In this document: piece after piece, positions 1-12,916 of the stretch
How the letters are laid out: each line of letters begins with the position of its first letter
Position numbering within the stretch: position 1 is the first letter of the stretch
NCBI GenBank assembly: GCA_013239625.1
Contig: MU053810.1
Location: 5,240,071-5,304,070 of the forward strand
Direction of reading: 5' to 3'
Length of the DNA: 64,000 bases
From: Lama guanicoe
Taxonomy: Eukaryota
Program-made: the position numbers and the translations under genes
The notes under the pieces: generated by a model
What the model was told of the DNA's origin: nothing
Database searches by the model: none
The model's input: only the letters and a program-made list of their open reading frames with translations

Positions 1-575
1 ACATAATAATAGGACCATTTTGTATTCTTGATAATGCTAATGTATGCAAATTTACCGGTAATAGATTCCCTTAGAATGCCCTGGACACGAGGGCGGACTG
101 TGAATACTAGTGAAGCTGGAGAACCTTGGAATGGAATCTGAAGCTCTTTGAGCAACTGTACAGGATGCATACATATGATTTTTAAAAAAAATTTTAAATT
201 ATCCACGTTGTGCTTTCAGTTCTATTAATTGACAGCACCACTGTCAACTTTCTGAGGCCACTTCTCATTTGCACTGTTTTATTTTGTTTTCTAATGAAGA
301 GCTCATGTAAATAATAGAGTATACACTTCTGGTCTTTTAAAAGTCTGCCTGAAGTTGATTCCGAGCATCTGCATTTTCTTTTCCTCAGTTTTTCCAAACT
401 TCCTGAAGATCATTCTACTAAGTCAAAATCATTTACCTTCCTAAGATTGCTGGGAAGTCTGCTGAAGTATTGTCCTTCCCAGTTTGGAGAGGGGATCTTG
501 GGGTGCAGAGAAGTTGTGACTTCCACCCAGCTGGCATTGGAGCAACAGGTGGACTCTGCTGCTGTGATTTCCAGT

Positions 576-983
576 TGTTACGGAAATGACGGGCCAGCCA
601 AGAAACAAGCACCACTCGGAGAGTTGGAGTACTCAGATTTATTACGCCGGCGGGCTCAGAGGGGCTTCTGCTCCGAAGCTCTGAGCACCTCCAAGACGTG
701 CACGTGAGGTTTTATAGGGTTAATTACAAGTATGGGGCTATTAGCCAATACGATCGGTTCAAAAAAAGCAAGGAATCAGTACACTGGAGCTTATCAATTT
801 GGAACAGATCACGTTACTGACACTTGTGAGCTTGGATTTACGAGTTAGCTCGTTAGCCCAAGAGACTGACACTAAACTTCAGATTTATGAGTTAGCCCAG
901 CAGAGCTCAGATCAGTAATCCGACACTTGTTGCACTTAGATTTGTGACTCAGCTTGTTAGCCCAGCTGGGCTTTTCCTTCACA
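576..983 (-). mobile_element. Solo LTR, probably ERV1 class (408 bp)
   Basis: TG...CA termini with a 4-bp direct repeat CAGT at 572-575 and 984-987. On the - strand: imperfect U3-like repeats (~810-965), TATAAAA (710-716), then AATAAA (638-643). Several CpGs retained. Confidence 0.8.
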
Positions 984-1689
984 CAGTGAATGCACTTTTT
1001 ATATCCCCCTTGCTAGGTCACGCCTCAGTGATGCCTTAACTAGGCCAGAGGGACTTGGGGCATACAGATGGAGTCATCCGTTGGAGCAGGAGAAGGGATC
1101 TAGATGTCTGTTTCAGATGGTCAGGGAGGGGCTGAGCTCAGCTCCACTGCACCACGCAGAGCTGGCTGTTACCCTTTCTTCCGGGTATTTCTTTTCCTCC
1201 ATCACCAGACATTCAGAAATTCCTGATGAAAGAGAGTTCTGTCTTTTCTGGCCAGGTGCTGCTCTTCGAATATGATAGGATGTTAGAATTGACGGTTACC
1301 TCAGAGGACAGCTAGCTCTAAACTTTTCAATTTGTGGAACTTTTATGAGTAATTAGACCCAGAGGGTTTAAGCAATTTGCCTGGAGAGGCTATGACTCTT
1401 ATACCTAGTTAGTAGCAGTGCCTAGGCTGCTACGCATGTCTTGATTTTTCATCTTTGTCTCCTAGTGATAGTTACTATTTCTGCTAGCTTCAGTTGAGCA
1501 CCTACTATGTGTCAAGCACTACACATGCTTTTAGTCCCCACCACAATTCCCAAAATGGGTCACAATTATCCTCAGGGCCAGTGAATCAAAAACTACTCAT
1601 CCACATCAGGATTTTTACAAATTATTGTAAAAGAGAGCAGACAAATAGCAATTTACATGCGTAGCTCGCAACAACAAGAACAATAATAA

Positions 1690-1925
1690 CAGCTAACACA
1701 CGGCACTTGTGAGTGTCAGGTTCTGGCCTAAGGGCTTTATACATGTTAACTCATTGAGTCCTCCGGGCAACCCCATTAGGTGGTTACTATTATCCCTGAT
1801 TTACAGATTAGAAAACCAAAGCACAGAGAGGTGAAGTAATTTGCCTGAGGTCACAGAGCTGGTAACTGACAAAGATGAGATTTGATTCCGGGGCTGTCTG
1901 GCATCAGAGCCCATGCGTCTTAACA
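1690..1925 (-). mobile_element. MIR SINE
   Basis: MIR core-like 'ttacagattagaaaaccaaagcacagagaggtgaagtaatttgcctgaggtcacagagctgg'; boundaries approximate. Confidence 0.75.
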
Positions 1926-3359
1926 ACCACACCCCCTCAAGGAATCATTATATGTTGATCATTATCAACTATAAATTACCAGTGACATCTGACTGACTCT
2001 CAGCCCAGAAACCAAGGGCCAACGTGTCAGTCCACAGGGAAACCTGAGGGTCCGCCCTGGAGGTCTGAGCCAGCTCTGCAGCTTCACCTCCAGCCCCCTC
2101 ACTAGCACATGGACCAGGACACGGGAAGGAAGCCCCAGTCCATCGTCAGAGAGGTTCCACTTTGTTCTCGGAGAAACCAGTGAGAAATCAAAAGCTCAGT
2201 GTCCACAGAGGTTGTGCCTATTACCCTGACCCAGAGACAACTTAAGGAGGTTTAATAAAGGGGTAGTAAGTTTCCTTGAAAGTTCAGTATGGCTTCTGCC
2301 TGAAAAGCATCTTATCCTTCCACTCAGTGTCTGGCAGACGTGAAGCCACGTGGCCTCTGGTACAGCCAGTTCGGTAAGCCCATTTGCACCGGGGAGGGGA
2401 GAAGGCACATTTCTAATCAGTCTTCCCATCGCCTTTCAGGATCTTGCCTTCTAGGTGGTGCTGGCTCTCTGCAGCCGCGGTACAAACCTTCACCACAAGG
2501 GGGCACCTAGAGATCACAGACTGCTCCCTGGAACGGGGCCCTATGGGGACATGAGCAGTGTTCTCTGACAGGATGGATTCCTGGTTATAAGCTTGAGCTT
2601 ACGGTTATAGCGCTGCTAAGCATAAATTTGGGGGAAATGCTTCTATAAGATTAAATGAGGTCAACTAAAGTTATTCCAAGAGGCTCAGCAACTCTGGTAG
2701 CCAACTTATTAACACTCCCTGCCGCCACCTAGCAGTCCCCTCCAAGCCCCAACCCCAGACTCCCCTTATATGGGCAGCTCTCTAAGCAGAAGGTGGGGTG
2801 GGTGGCGTTGGGGGTCCTGACACACACACCCTCCCTGTGTTGACTGGATCACTGGTGGGGACAGCCATGTTGGCGGCAGGCATCATTCTTGGGATCACTC
2901 ACTCCATGTGGCTTTACAGATGTTTGGTGAATAATTAGTTGGCTAACTTTTCCTTTTTTTCTCTCATATATTTGTCCATGTCATTTCCTGTTTCAGCAAA
3001 AACAATGACAGTAAACCCAAGGCACCAGCCCTAGGAGGAAACCAGCAGGAACGCTAAGCAGAGCTGGAACCAGGGCAAGTGATGCATCCAGGCTGCCCTT
3101 TGCTTGCACAGCCTGAGAGCTAATGCCTCCTTTCATTTTGTGCCCCAGGCAGCTCTCTTGCCTCCCCTCCGTCCCAGCCCAGAACTGCCACTGCAGGAGG
3201 TAGCCAGCAGCCCTGCAAAACAGCCAGCTATTTATTTGCTGCTGGTCTTAAGCCCTAATCCCATTTTCTTTACCTCCACCCTCCTAAACCCGTATCTCTT
3301 CTTGCTCTTTCCTGTTAAGGATTACTGAGGACTTCCTAGTCGGGGGCCTCGACAATAAA

Positions 3360-3595
3360 AGTTACTAACATTTATTCAGTGCTTGCCACGTGCCAGAATT
3401 GCTTCTAAATGCTTTACAAGTGTTGGGTTGCTTAGCTTTCTCAACAATATTGTGATGAAGGTATTTATTTTACAGATAAGGTAACTGAGGCACAGAGAGG
3501 TGAAGGTGCTTACTGACGACCACGGTTAGTAGATGATGGAGCCATATTTTGAATCCAAGGAGTCTTTACTCCAGAGCCTGCTCTCTTAAGCATTA
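3360..3595 (-). mobile_element. MIR SINE
   Basis: 'ttttacagataaggtaactgaggcacagagaggtgaagg' MIR core; boundaries approximate. Confidence 0.75.
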
Positions 3596-4022
3596 CATCT
3601 GCTCGAGATACTGAAAGCCTTTCAGAGATGCTAAACACAGGATTTCAAGTTTCTAGGGGCAAAAAGAGGGGCAATTTGATGTTTTCAGTTGGGAACCCTC
3701 CAAATCACAAGTGATGGCTACTTGGCAGATTGGCCAGACCTTAGAGCTACTGCCGTTGGCTTACATTTGAACAGATTGCTGTTCTTCTGAACGAATGGTG
3801 TGGCATTGTTAATACTGATTTACTACAACTCTAAAAACTGGATTTACTTGTATCTTTCTTATTCCTGTTCTGATCTGGTTCTCAGTAGATGGTTGTGAAC
3901 TCGAGAAGGGAGGAGTCTCTTATTCATCTTTGTGTTTCCAACAGTCTCCAGCTTTTTGGCTAAGTAAGTGCTCACTAAATGTTGATCCATTAAGATTAAA
4001 CCCCTTTAGTTTGTATCAGCAC

Positions 4023-4155
4023 ATTTTTTTGCCACTATTGGGGGGGAGGTAGTTAGGTTATTTATGTATTTATTTTAATGGAGGTCCTAAGGATTGAACC
4101 TAGGACCTCATGCATGCTAAGCCCACACTCTACCACTGAGCTAAACCCACACCCC
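4023..4155 (-). mobile_element. tRNA-derived SINE, camelid vic-1-like
   Basis: Reverse complement has a tRNA-like head (tagctcagtggtagag...ggttcaatcc) and an AT-rich tail; near-identical flanks tgtatcagc(c)ac act as TSD. Confidence 0.8.
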
Positions 4156-7100
4156 ATGTATCAGCCACCTAGAATCACAGGCCATGGCAAAGGAGCACTT
4201 CTGGGACTGGCAGATGACCCTATCCTGTCTGCCACTGACCTTGTTTTCTTTTTTCCCACCTGCACACAAAAACAACATCATTTCTTTATTCAGATTTAAT
4301 GGGGGGAGGGTTGGTTCTGTTTGGTAGCTGCAACCAAGAACATGCATTTTTGACTGCATCTTTTGAATGTATATGTGTAGAATGGACTAGAAAATCTACC
4401 TTCCATTTCTAATTGCTCACCCTCAATTTAAAGAATAAACTAAATCCTATTATTCTACCTCAATCTAGTTTATCTTTCATTTCAGATGCCTCCCTCTGCC
4501 ATATCTGTCCTTTTCCCCCTGTATCTTTTTATGAGCATTTCAGATCATTCATTTTGTTCTTCAGCTTCTCATCCCCACCTTTTTACAAACTTAATAGCCA
4601 CCCAAATATTAAAGATCAAGACACACTGACCAAAATCTCCAATCCCAGGCATCACCAAGAGGCTGCTGTCTCTCCCAAACAAGCTGATCTCTCAGAGGCC
4701 CTAGGTTCCTAGAACAGGGCAGACTCTGGCTTCAGAAAGGAAATTCAGTCATGCTCAAGAGCAGTCTGGGACCCACCCCTAGTCTGACCCAGAGCAGCTC
4801 AACTCCAAGGTTGACTCTGAGCAGGGCTGCTCCTCTCTGGATCTGTGGAGCAGGTGGATTCACCTTCTACTCATGGTCATTCCAACCCGTATGTGCTCTG
4901 GATGGCCTCACTGTCCTCATTCCTCTGCCAATATGTTTCCAACATGTTGAAAGTAAAATTCTTAAATCACTTCCTCCGCGTGGCCATATCTGAGCAACCC
5001 CAAGATCTCTGAGTCTTCCTTTATTCTTTATTATTCTTTATTCTGTATCCCATCATCTTCCAAATCCTAATGTATAAGTAAGAATTTTCCAGACTTCTTC
5101 CAAATACATGGAATATCTTTAGAATCTTTTCTGAAATAAGTGGATTTGTGAGGGTTTGCAAGTCATATGTAAGCTTTCCTACAGTTACAGATTTTAAATG
5201 AAGTTTGGCTTCTATTTATCATATTGATACTTGTAAGTCTGTTGCTTAATAAAAGCTCCCCAGGCTCTCTGTGCGTGATGCTTTTCTTTCCAAAGGCACA
5301 GACCCACGTTTGCTGGTGTGGTCCTGCTGCATATGGCTGTGCTCAGGTCAGCAGTGAACATCAGCAGCCTGCTCAGGCTCAGAGTCTCCCCAAAAGGGAC
5401 CCCAGAAATTTATCTACTTTTTAAGAGGCTCCATCAGCATTCAGAAACATCCTACCGCAAAGGGCATCAATTCTGCTGCTCCATAATGGCACGTCCTCCA
5501 GGCCTCCTTTTTGGGGTTCTGGGCCCTGAAAGTCTTTCTGTGCCGCACTTACATAACCTCCCATGTTGTGCACCTGCACTGTGACCTCTGTGACTTCCCT
5601 TTACCTGCAGTGGGATTCAGGATCTAGGAATTTCCCACTATGTCCTTTTCTATGCTTTTCCTCAGCAGGCCTGGCCTGGCCTGTCGTCCAGGCTGGCTCC
5701 TTTGGCCTACCCCTTCTCTGTTGCCCAAAGGCTTTGCCTGTGGAGCTCTGCGAACAGTTCCACTGATGAAATTGAATCTGCCCAGCATGAATGCTGGAGG
5801 GATGATTAAATACATGGAAGCATTTCATAAAAACTGCATTGGAAAGTGATAGTTTTTCTGATCATCTCACGACAATGATTAACTTCTTTCAACAGTTCTC
5901 TATGCCTGTGAATGGCTTATCAAAACAGATTGAGAATATTTTTTATCCAAGTTCTTATTAATATTGCAATATAGTTATTTTTAGTTTGGTATGGAAACAA
6001 CCCCAACTGGGAAAGGTAGCTTTAAAAAAACCCGACTGACCAAAAGCATAATCAGTTGGAAAAGAACCTTGAATTCTTTTATTCTTCTGGTGAGAGGCAT
6101 GGGAAATAATAGGAAAGGAAAAGTGGGGAGTGCTACTCATCAAAAAAATGTTTTTAAAAATGTGCTGGCTTCTATTTCAGGAAGGTTTACATTGATGATG
6201 CTAACACAGACAAATGAAGGAAAAGGAAATCTGGCTCATTCGTTGGTATTTTTCAGAAAGGCTGATTGATAATATTTTCTCATATTTGAGATAGTCAAGG
6301 ACAGAAAGCAATGTCACAGGATGTGAGTTACTCCCCGTGACGGTGGGGAACGCAGTTGATATACAGGGCCTATTTTCTGTCTGCTCTACGGTATCTCTGT
6401 GAAGGCCACCCCACACCGAGTCCCTGGTCTTTCCTCCTCTGACCCTTTCATGTGACTTTGACTCCGCACTGGTAGGGCCTTTTCCTGATTCTTTGGTGAT
6501 AATCCAGTCATGCTGTACTTACACAGAGTGCTGGAAATAAGCCTGTTCAGGCATGACACAGCCTTCCTCCTCCTTTGAAGGGGTGGTGACCTTCTTCAGG
6601 ACAGCTTTTATTAGGTCTCAGTGTTTCCATACAGGTCACCAGAGGTCTTCCTTTTACAGATTCTAGAGGGTGAGTAGGCAAGTCATTGCATTTCACACAA
6701 TGCCACCACTTCCAATCTGGAGGCTTCTTCCAAGCCTTGGTCAGCCTTGTTTTATGTGGCTGAGGTGAATGAAGTAGGATGTTGGGCCATGAATTGCCAT
6801 AGCCTGGCTGATTCATTATTTTGCCTTTTTTTTTTTTTCAATTAAGCTTTTTTTTTCTTTTTTCTGGCTGTGAAAGTAGTCATTCTGATTGGAGACAATA
6901 TAGATAAGACATAAAGCATAAAATTAAAATCCCACAAAATATCACTGTTACTAAATTTTGTGGTCTTTTCTTCCATGTCTTATTTTCTGAGGATAAAAAT
7001 ATAAATACTTGGTAAAGTTTCAGTATATGTATATGTATGATTTCTATTGGAAGATGGGAACCATGTTCTACCTACAAATTCCACACAGTTTTGAATCCTG

Positions 7101-7764
7101 CTGCTTTTCACTTAGCCTTTTCACTCAGCGTAGCTTGCTGTCTTTAAGTATGCCTCAACAATGTACTTTTTAATAGATGTACAATACTCTGCCATATATG
7201 ACTGCGCCAAGACTTATTTAACTACCTTCCTACTGTCAACATTTTACTTGTTTTTATAGTTTTTACTGTAACAAAGCAATGAAAAATAGCCTTCATGCAA
7301 TTATATTCTGAACCTCATTCCTTAGGGTAGAGTTTTGGAAGGATAAACACTGGGCAAAGCGGTAGGAGCACTTTTGGATGTCTTGCCCAGTTTCCTTTGA
7401 GAACAGTGGTTGCAATTTAAAAATCCCACCTGCTGTGTAGGAGAGGGCCAGTATCGCTGCAACTTCATTAGCACTGTTTGTTTGTGTACGTATGTTTGTG
7501 TGCATGTAAACATATCTCTGTAAATAGATAAAATGATATAGATAAGAAAATATGGTGTCTTTTTTTTAATTAAAATTTTTTTACCTGGCTCTATTGAAAT
7601 ATAATTGACATATAACTGATGGTGTCTATTTTTAAACTTGCATATTTTATAACTGGTAAGGTTGGGTACTTTTACATAGATATTTGCATGGGTCAAATGA
7701 TCAGCCATTGGCCTGGATTGTGTTCATTCTCCCACCAGACTTCTAAGAATGTTAAAACAAGATT

Positions 7765-7766
<2 letters not shown>

Positions 7767-7810
<44 letters not shown>
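7767..7810. repeat. (TA)n/(CA)n microsatellite
   Basis: About 19 uninterrupted TA units followed by CA units. Confidence 0.95.
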
Positions 7811-7813
<3 letters not shown>

Positions 7814-8169
7814 CCTTATGTTCCTCTTTATAGCAGCTGATATAAAACTCGCTTTGCACATTCAGTAGTGGGTACTCTATATGTATGTTGAGACAAAATG
7901 TTAATCACAGATTTATTGTGATATTTAAGAACTAATCAGCTCATATAAGCAAAGCACACAGAGGCAGAGGGAGAAGCACTGAGGGGACGACGGCCTAAAG
8001 CTGGTAAGGAAATAATGGAATTGTTGGAGGACTCGAGACTAAATCACAAGTGTGACAAGGTGATTAATAATGATTTCTTCAATTTCATTTTTATTATTCT
8101 ATCCCAACGAATCCAAGTACCATCATGAAGTAGGCAGTTCCATATCCAAAACCACCTCGACAGCGCAGA

Positions 8170-8410
8170 GCACAGTAGTTAAAAGCATCCATTTTGCAAC
8201 ATGGTTGACGTTGAGCCAGGTCTTGTCTACTTATTCCCAGGTGACTTTGGGCAAAGATTACCTAACCTCTTTTAGCCTCAATTCCATCAATGGCACAATG
8301 GGCACAATAATCCCTACTTCACCGTGTTCCTGTGCAGATGAAAGAAAAGAGTCTGTGTAAGCCCTTAGCCCAGTGTCTGATACAGAATAAGAACCTGATA
8401 AACAGTAGCT
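8170..8410 (+). mobile_element. MIR SINE
   Basis: 'gtgactttgggcaaagattacctaacctcttttagcctcaattcc...aatgggcacaataat' resembles sense-strand MIR. Confidence 0.65.
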
Positions 8411-8704
8411 GTCCCTGTTCTCACCTATGACCATAAAACGTCACCTGCCACTGGCATCTTGTACTAAGGTCCTTGTGCTGTAAGTCTGTCATTCCTGGAC
8501 AGTGAAATGATGGTGAAATAACCCTAATTTCTTCTTCTCTCGCAGGTCACATTAGCCATGTGACCTGCGAGCTGGTTTGGTTTACCACCCATCCCCATCA
8601 TGTTTTAGGGATGTTGTCTTTCTTCCTGAATCCGGAAGACAATGAAAATGATCCAATGAGAGGAAATAAAATGAAAAAGATCAATCACTCAACAAGATAC
8701 CTAC

Positions 8705-9430
8705 AAGATACACCTACAAGAGTGGCTAAAATTTAAAAAGACTGACCATACCAAGTGTTGGGAAGGGGACAGAAGAAATGGCACTCACAAATACTCCTGA
8801 TGGTATAATCATTTTGGGAAACAATTTAGCAATTCTTAAGAAGTTAAACATAGACCCACCGTATAACCCAACCATTTTACTTTTAGGCTTTCACCCAAGA
8901 AAACAGGAAATATATGTTCACACAAAGCCTTGTACACAAAAGTTCAGCCAGCTCTATGGGTAGTAGCCTAAAGCTAGACACAACCCAAATGCCCATCAAC
9001 AGGTGAGCCAGTAAACAGATTTCAGCACGTCCATGCAATAGAATACACTCAACATTAACAAGGAATGAAGTAGTGGTACACAAAACAACATGGATGAATG
9101 TCAAGATCATTATCCTGAACATAAGAAATCAGACCAAAAAAAGTACATGCCATCTGATTCCATGTGTATAAAACTTTAGAAAATGCAAATGAGTCTATAC
9201 TGACGGAAAGTAAATCAGGGGTTGCTTAGGTGTGGGAGGGAGGCAGGAAAAGGATAGGAAGAAGAAATTACAAAGGGACATGAGGAAACTTGAGTGTGAT
9301 GAATCTATTTACTTGATTGCACTGATGGTTTCAAAGGGGTATATGTAGGTCAGAATTTACCAGATGATATACTTTAAATGTGCTCCGTTTATTGTGTATC
9401 AATTGTAAATACCTCAATAAAGCCGTCTGC
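8705..9430 (+). mobile_element. Ancient L1 (L1M-type) ORF2 end and 3' UTR
   Basis: Degenerate ORF2 C-terminus (LAILKKLNIDPPYNPTILLLGFHP), 'acaacccaaatgcccatcaacagg', ending 'cctcaataaagc'. Confidence 0.8.
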
Positions 9431-12400
9431 AAAAGACCAATCAATTATATATTGGTGTATTTATTCATCTTTCACTCATTAGTCTTCTGTATTTGACTAG
9501 CAGATATAATAATAAACAGGGATACAGACCCTCAGGTCTCTGACTCCAAATGTTGTGCTTTAATTGGGTCATGTATTTCTTGTTCTGAACAGTGCTAAGA
9601 CTCATGACCTCATATCTTTTGGCTCCTATTCATATTTCATTTCTTTCATAGCTTAGATGAAATATTAATCATATAACTCACACACACAAGTATAACTCGA
9701 ATATTAATATCTGAACCTACCAGAACCTGTTTTCTCTTACAACTGCTCCTGGCTCCCAAGAGGCAGAGCCCACCTGTTTGAATATTCAATTACAATTAGT
9801 TGAGGGATTAAACCAAGGGAACTCAAGAACTGAGACACAAATGAGGAAATTCAATTCAAATCGCAATTCAAAGCTTCCCGATGACAAAGCCGCTGCTGAG
9901 ATGGACAGCAACCATCCACCTGTTTTCTTCAGCTGTTCCTTTTGAACTTCCTGCTTCATTAGTACTGTCATTTCATGGAAAAGAGCTAATGCCCAGTTTG
10001 TCCTTACAGGTACCACAGGGAAGTGTTGGGTTCCCAGGGAGGCACCTGACCTAAGACAGATGCTCCCCACACATCCCATTGGGAGCCCAGAGCTGCACTG
10101 GCAGGAGCAGGCTCCCTCTGCAGCCCTTTAGCTCTGCTGCTCTCCCTCCTTCATGGTTTGGTGGACAAGGGAATCGGTTGCCATGGCAATTTTCAGCATC
10201 CATTTCAGGCTAGAGGGAACATTCCCTAAGGCTCTTCTCCATCTGTGTGTCCTTGGTGATTTCCTTGCCTTGGTGAAGTAGGTGGGGAACCACTTCCTCC
10301 AGGGATCTCCCCCAGCTCACGGATGGTATAAATGGGCAGGGGAACGGTGTTGACATGGCAGCAACTCCTCTAGTTCTTCCATTCAAAGAAAGTCTGGCTC
10401 AAGGGATCCACCTGATCCTCCCAATGGCAAAGTCAGCAAGGAACTGCATTATCTTAATGGTTTCCACACTGTCTTTCTAAGAGAGGGGCTAGCTTTGTGG
10501 GGTAGATGCTGGGGGGCTGGCAGGGAGTTTGCCTGAAGAAGCCTGTTCTCAGGGACCCCACTGCCATGGCGACATCCTTAGTGGCAGGGACTGGGCAGGT
10601 CTCTCACCAGCTAAGCCCTGATGCCAACCTTTGAAATCTGTTCTTGTTCTTCTCACTCCCCTTTTTCTTTTTCATAACCCCCAGGGATTTTGCTAGCTTC
10701 TCCTCTCCTGATTCTGGAAATCACTGTGACCACACTTTCCTCCTGCATGAGACCAGTTTCAGGGTAGGGGGCAGTCTTTGTGTATGCTCACATTCTGTAC
10801 ACCAGGATTCCACCAAAAAAATTCCCTGTTGAAAAAAGGCAGATTTTGTACACAAGATAATGGGGTAGAGAGGAATCACAAGAAATAATAATCATGGGAA
10901 AGCTGAATCTTCTGTTAGTTCTAACTGTGCATCCATGGAGGGCAGCCTTCCCTTCAGTCCCCAGACTGTCTTTCTATCCCTGGACTTGGAACCCTTGGTG
11001 AGAAAAAAAATGGCTTTGGCGTTTGAACATCTGGGTTTGAAGCTTGTTTCAAACAATTCCTAGAAGCTGAGAAGTCACAGGCGAGTCACATTCCCTTTCT
11101 GGGTGTACATTTTCTTATCCACGGAAGGAGAAAGCACCATGTCTTCCTTGGAGAACTGTGAGAATCCAGAGACGTAATCTGCGTACATAAGAACTGTGTC
11201 CATACTCAGGCACTTGACAAATCTTCATAATTTTGGTAATTTTTGTTCTCATGGAGCATTTATTTAATTGATTGGCTCAATCAATTATTCATCCAGTGAA
11301 TGGATTAGGGGGTGCACTCTAATAGTTCCTTTAAGGCTGGTGACGTAACCCTCAGGAGGGTCACTGTTCTCATCTGTACAATGGGATAAACACAGTCTCA
11401 AAGTATGATTTTGAAGATTAAATGAAGTACCGACTGATAAGTGTGTGCAACCGCGCTGGGCAGAGTACCTGCTCAGTGAATGATAATTACTCTGATCGAT
11501 TGCCTACTATGCATTCTTCTCGGTTTCTCCTTGGTCTTGAGTCGTGTTGCCATGGCTCAGGTCTGGTTGTTATGCTCTCTGACACTTGGAAAGGCTGAGA
11601 ATTAACAAAGAAGGGTAGGGCCATAAAGCTCCCCCTGCAGACAGTGACTGTGCCCAGGACCATGGTTACGAGAAATAATCAGAGGGATTGTAATGCTTCT
11701 CAACTCCCTTTATATTCAGTGGAGGGTTAATAAATCTGGCCCTGAATCGTGCAGCAGGCACAGATTGCTTGGGGAAACTTCTCTTTGGTTGCCTCTTTTC
11801 CCCTTCTTTGAGGCTTTCTGTCCACATGGACCAAGGGTCAATACCCTCTTGCTGACATCCCCGGACTCTCACCCAGCCCTGCCCTCCCTCATGTGATGCT
11901 TCCAGTTCTCAAACCTTCTCTGGGTCCACCCTCCCTCTGAGCTCACCTGACCCACTGTTGGCTATTCCTCTCAAGTACAACTCTGTGTTCGGTGGTCTAA
12001 TACATAATTTATAGATAAGACATTAAAAAGCAAGAAACATTAAAAACACTGCCCCTCCCAGAAAGTATTTTTGTCGAGTGCCTGGGGGTTTCAAAGACTT
12101 TACTCCTAACCCCTTTGTTACAGCTTTCAAAGTTACATCAGCCTGCGGTGACTGAGTCCTCTGCTCCCTGAACTACCACTAAACTTAGAGTATTTTTTAT
12201 TTTATTATGCTTTAATTATCTCAAGGGGTAGTCTGTTCTCCCCAATGAGACTGTAATTTCTTGAGGGCAGGGCATTTTTTTTTAATACTTCTTGATCCAC
12301 TGCACCCCACGACCAGCAGTGTGAAGCATAAAGTAGACTCTCAGCAAAAAAATTTGCAATTGATTTGTAACGGTGAAGGCAAGAAAATGTCTTCTAATAC

Positions 12401-12437
12401 ATTAGTGTTACATTTGGTAAGTTGAATTCTCTTAAAC

Positions 12438-12590
12438 TTTTTTTTAACATTTTTTATTCATTTATAATCATTTTACAATGTTGTGTCAAATTCCATTGTA
12501 GAGCACAATTTTTCAGTTATACATGAATATATATATATATTCATTGTCACATTTTTTTCTCTGTGAGCTACCATAAGATCTTGTGCATCT
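12438..12590 (-). mobile_element. Young L1 3'-end fragment (heavily 5'-truncated)
   Basis: T-tract plus sequence nearly identical to the L1 3' ends at 38071 and 60073; TSD TTCTCTTAA at 12427-12435 and 12591-12599. Confidence 0.85.
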
Positions 12591-12916
12591 TTCTCTTAAC
12601 CTCTTGATTGATTCTAAACAACAAATATTTTGTGGATTCTGCCTCTATATCCTTTTCCCTGAACAACCATGCTGGGATAATTCTATTTATGTGAGGACGT
12701 CATTTCAAGTGGAGTGGCTTTACCAGAGTTCTTTTGATGGCTTTGTATAAATTTATATCCAAAGAGGCAGTTGTGGACCTGTAACTATACTTTATTCAAA
12801 CTGTTTAATTATTTCTGATAAACCACTGGATAGCTTAGTTCCAGGAAGTCCAGGTTTAAAATAGGCCCTATTAAAGGAAGTGATGCATAATGGAATTGCA
12901 TCTTCATCGATTGGGG

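Noticed and set aside
194..707. Short ORFs and a pyrimidine-AG acceptor-like site near 388
   Set aside because: No recognisable protein similarity, no matching donor, and the downstream ORF runs into the LTR.
5760..5862. Possible C/D-box snoRNA (TGATGA ... CTGA)
   Set aside because: No terminal stem, no recognisable guide sequence and no host gene.
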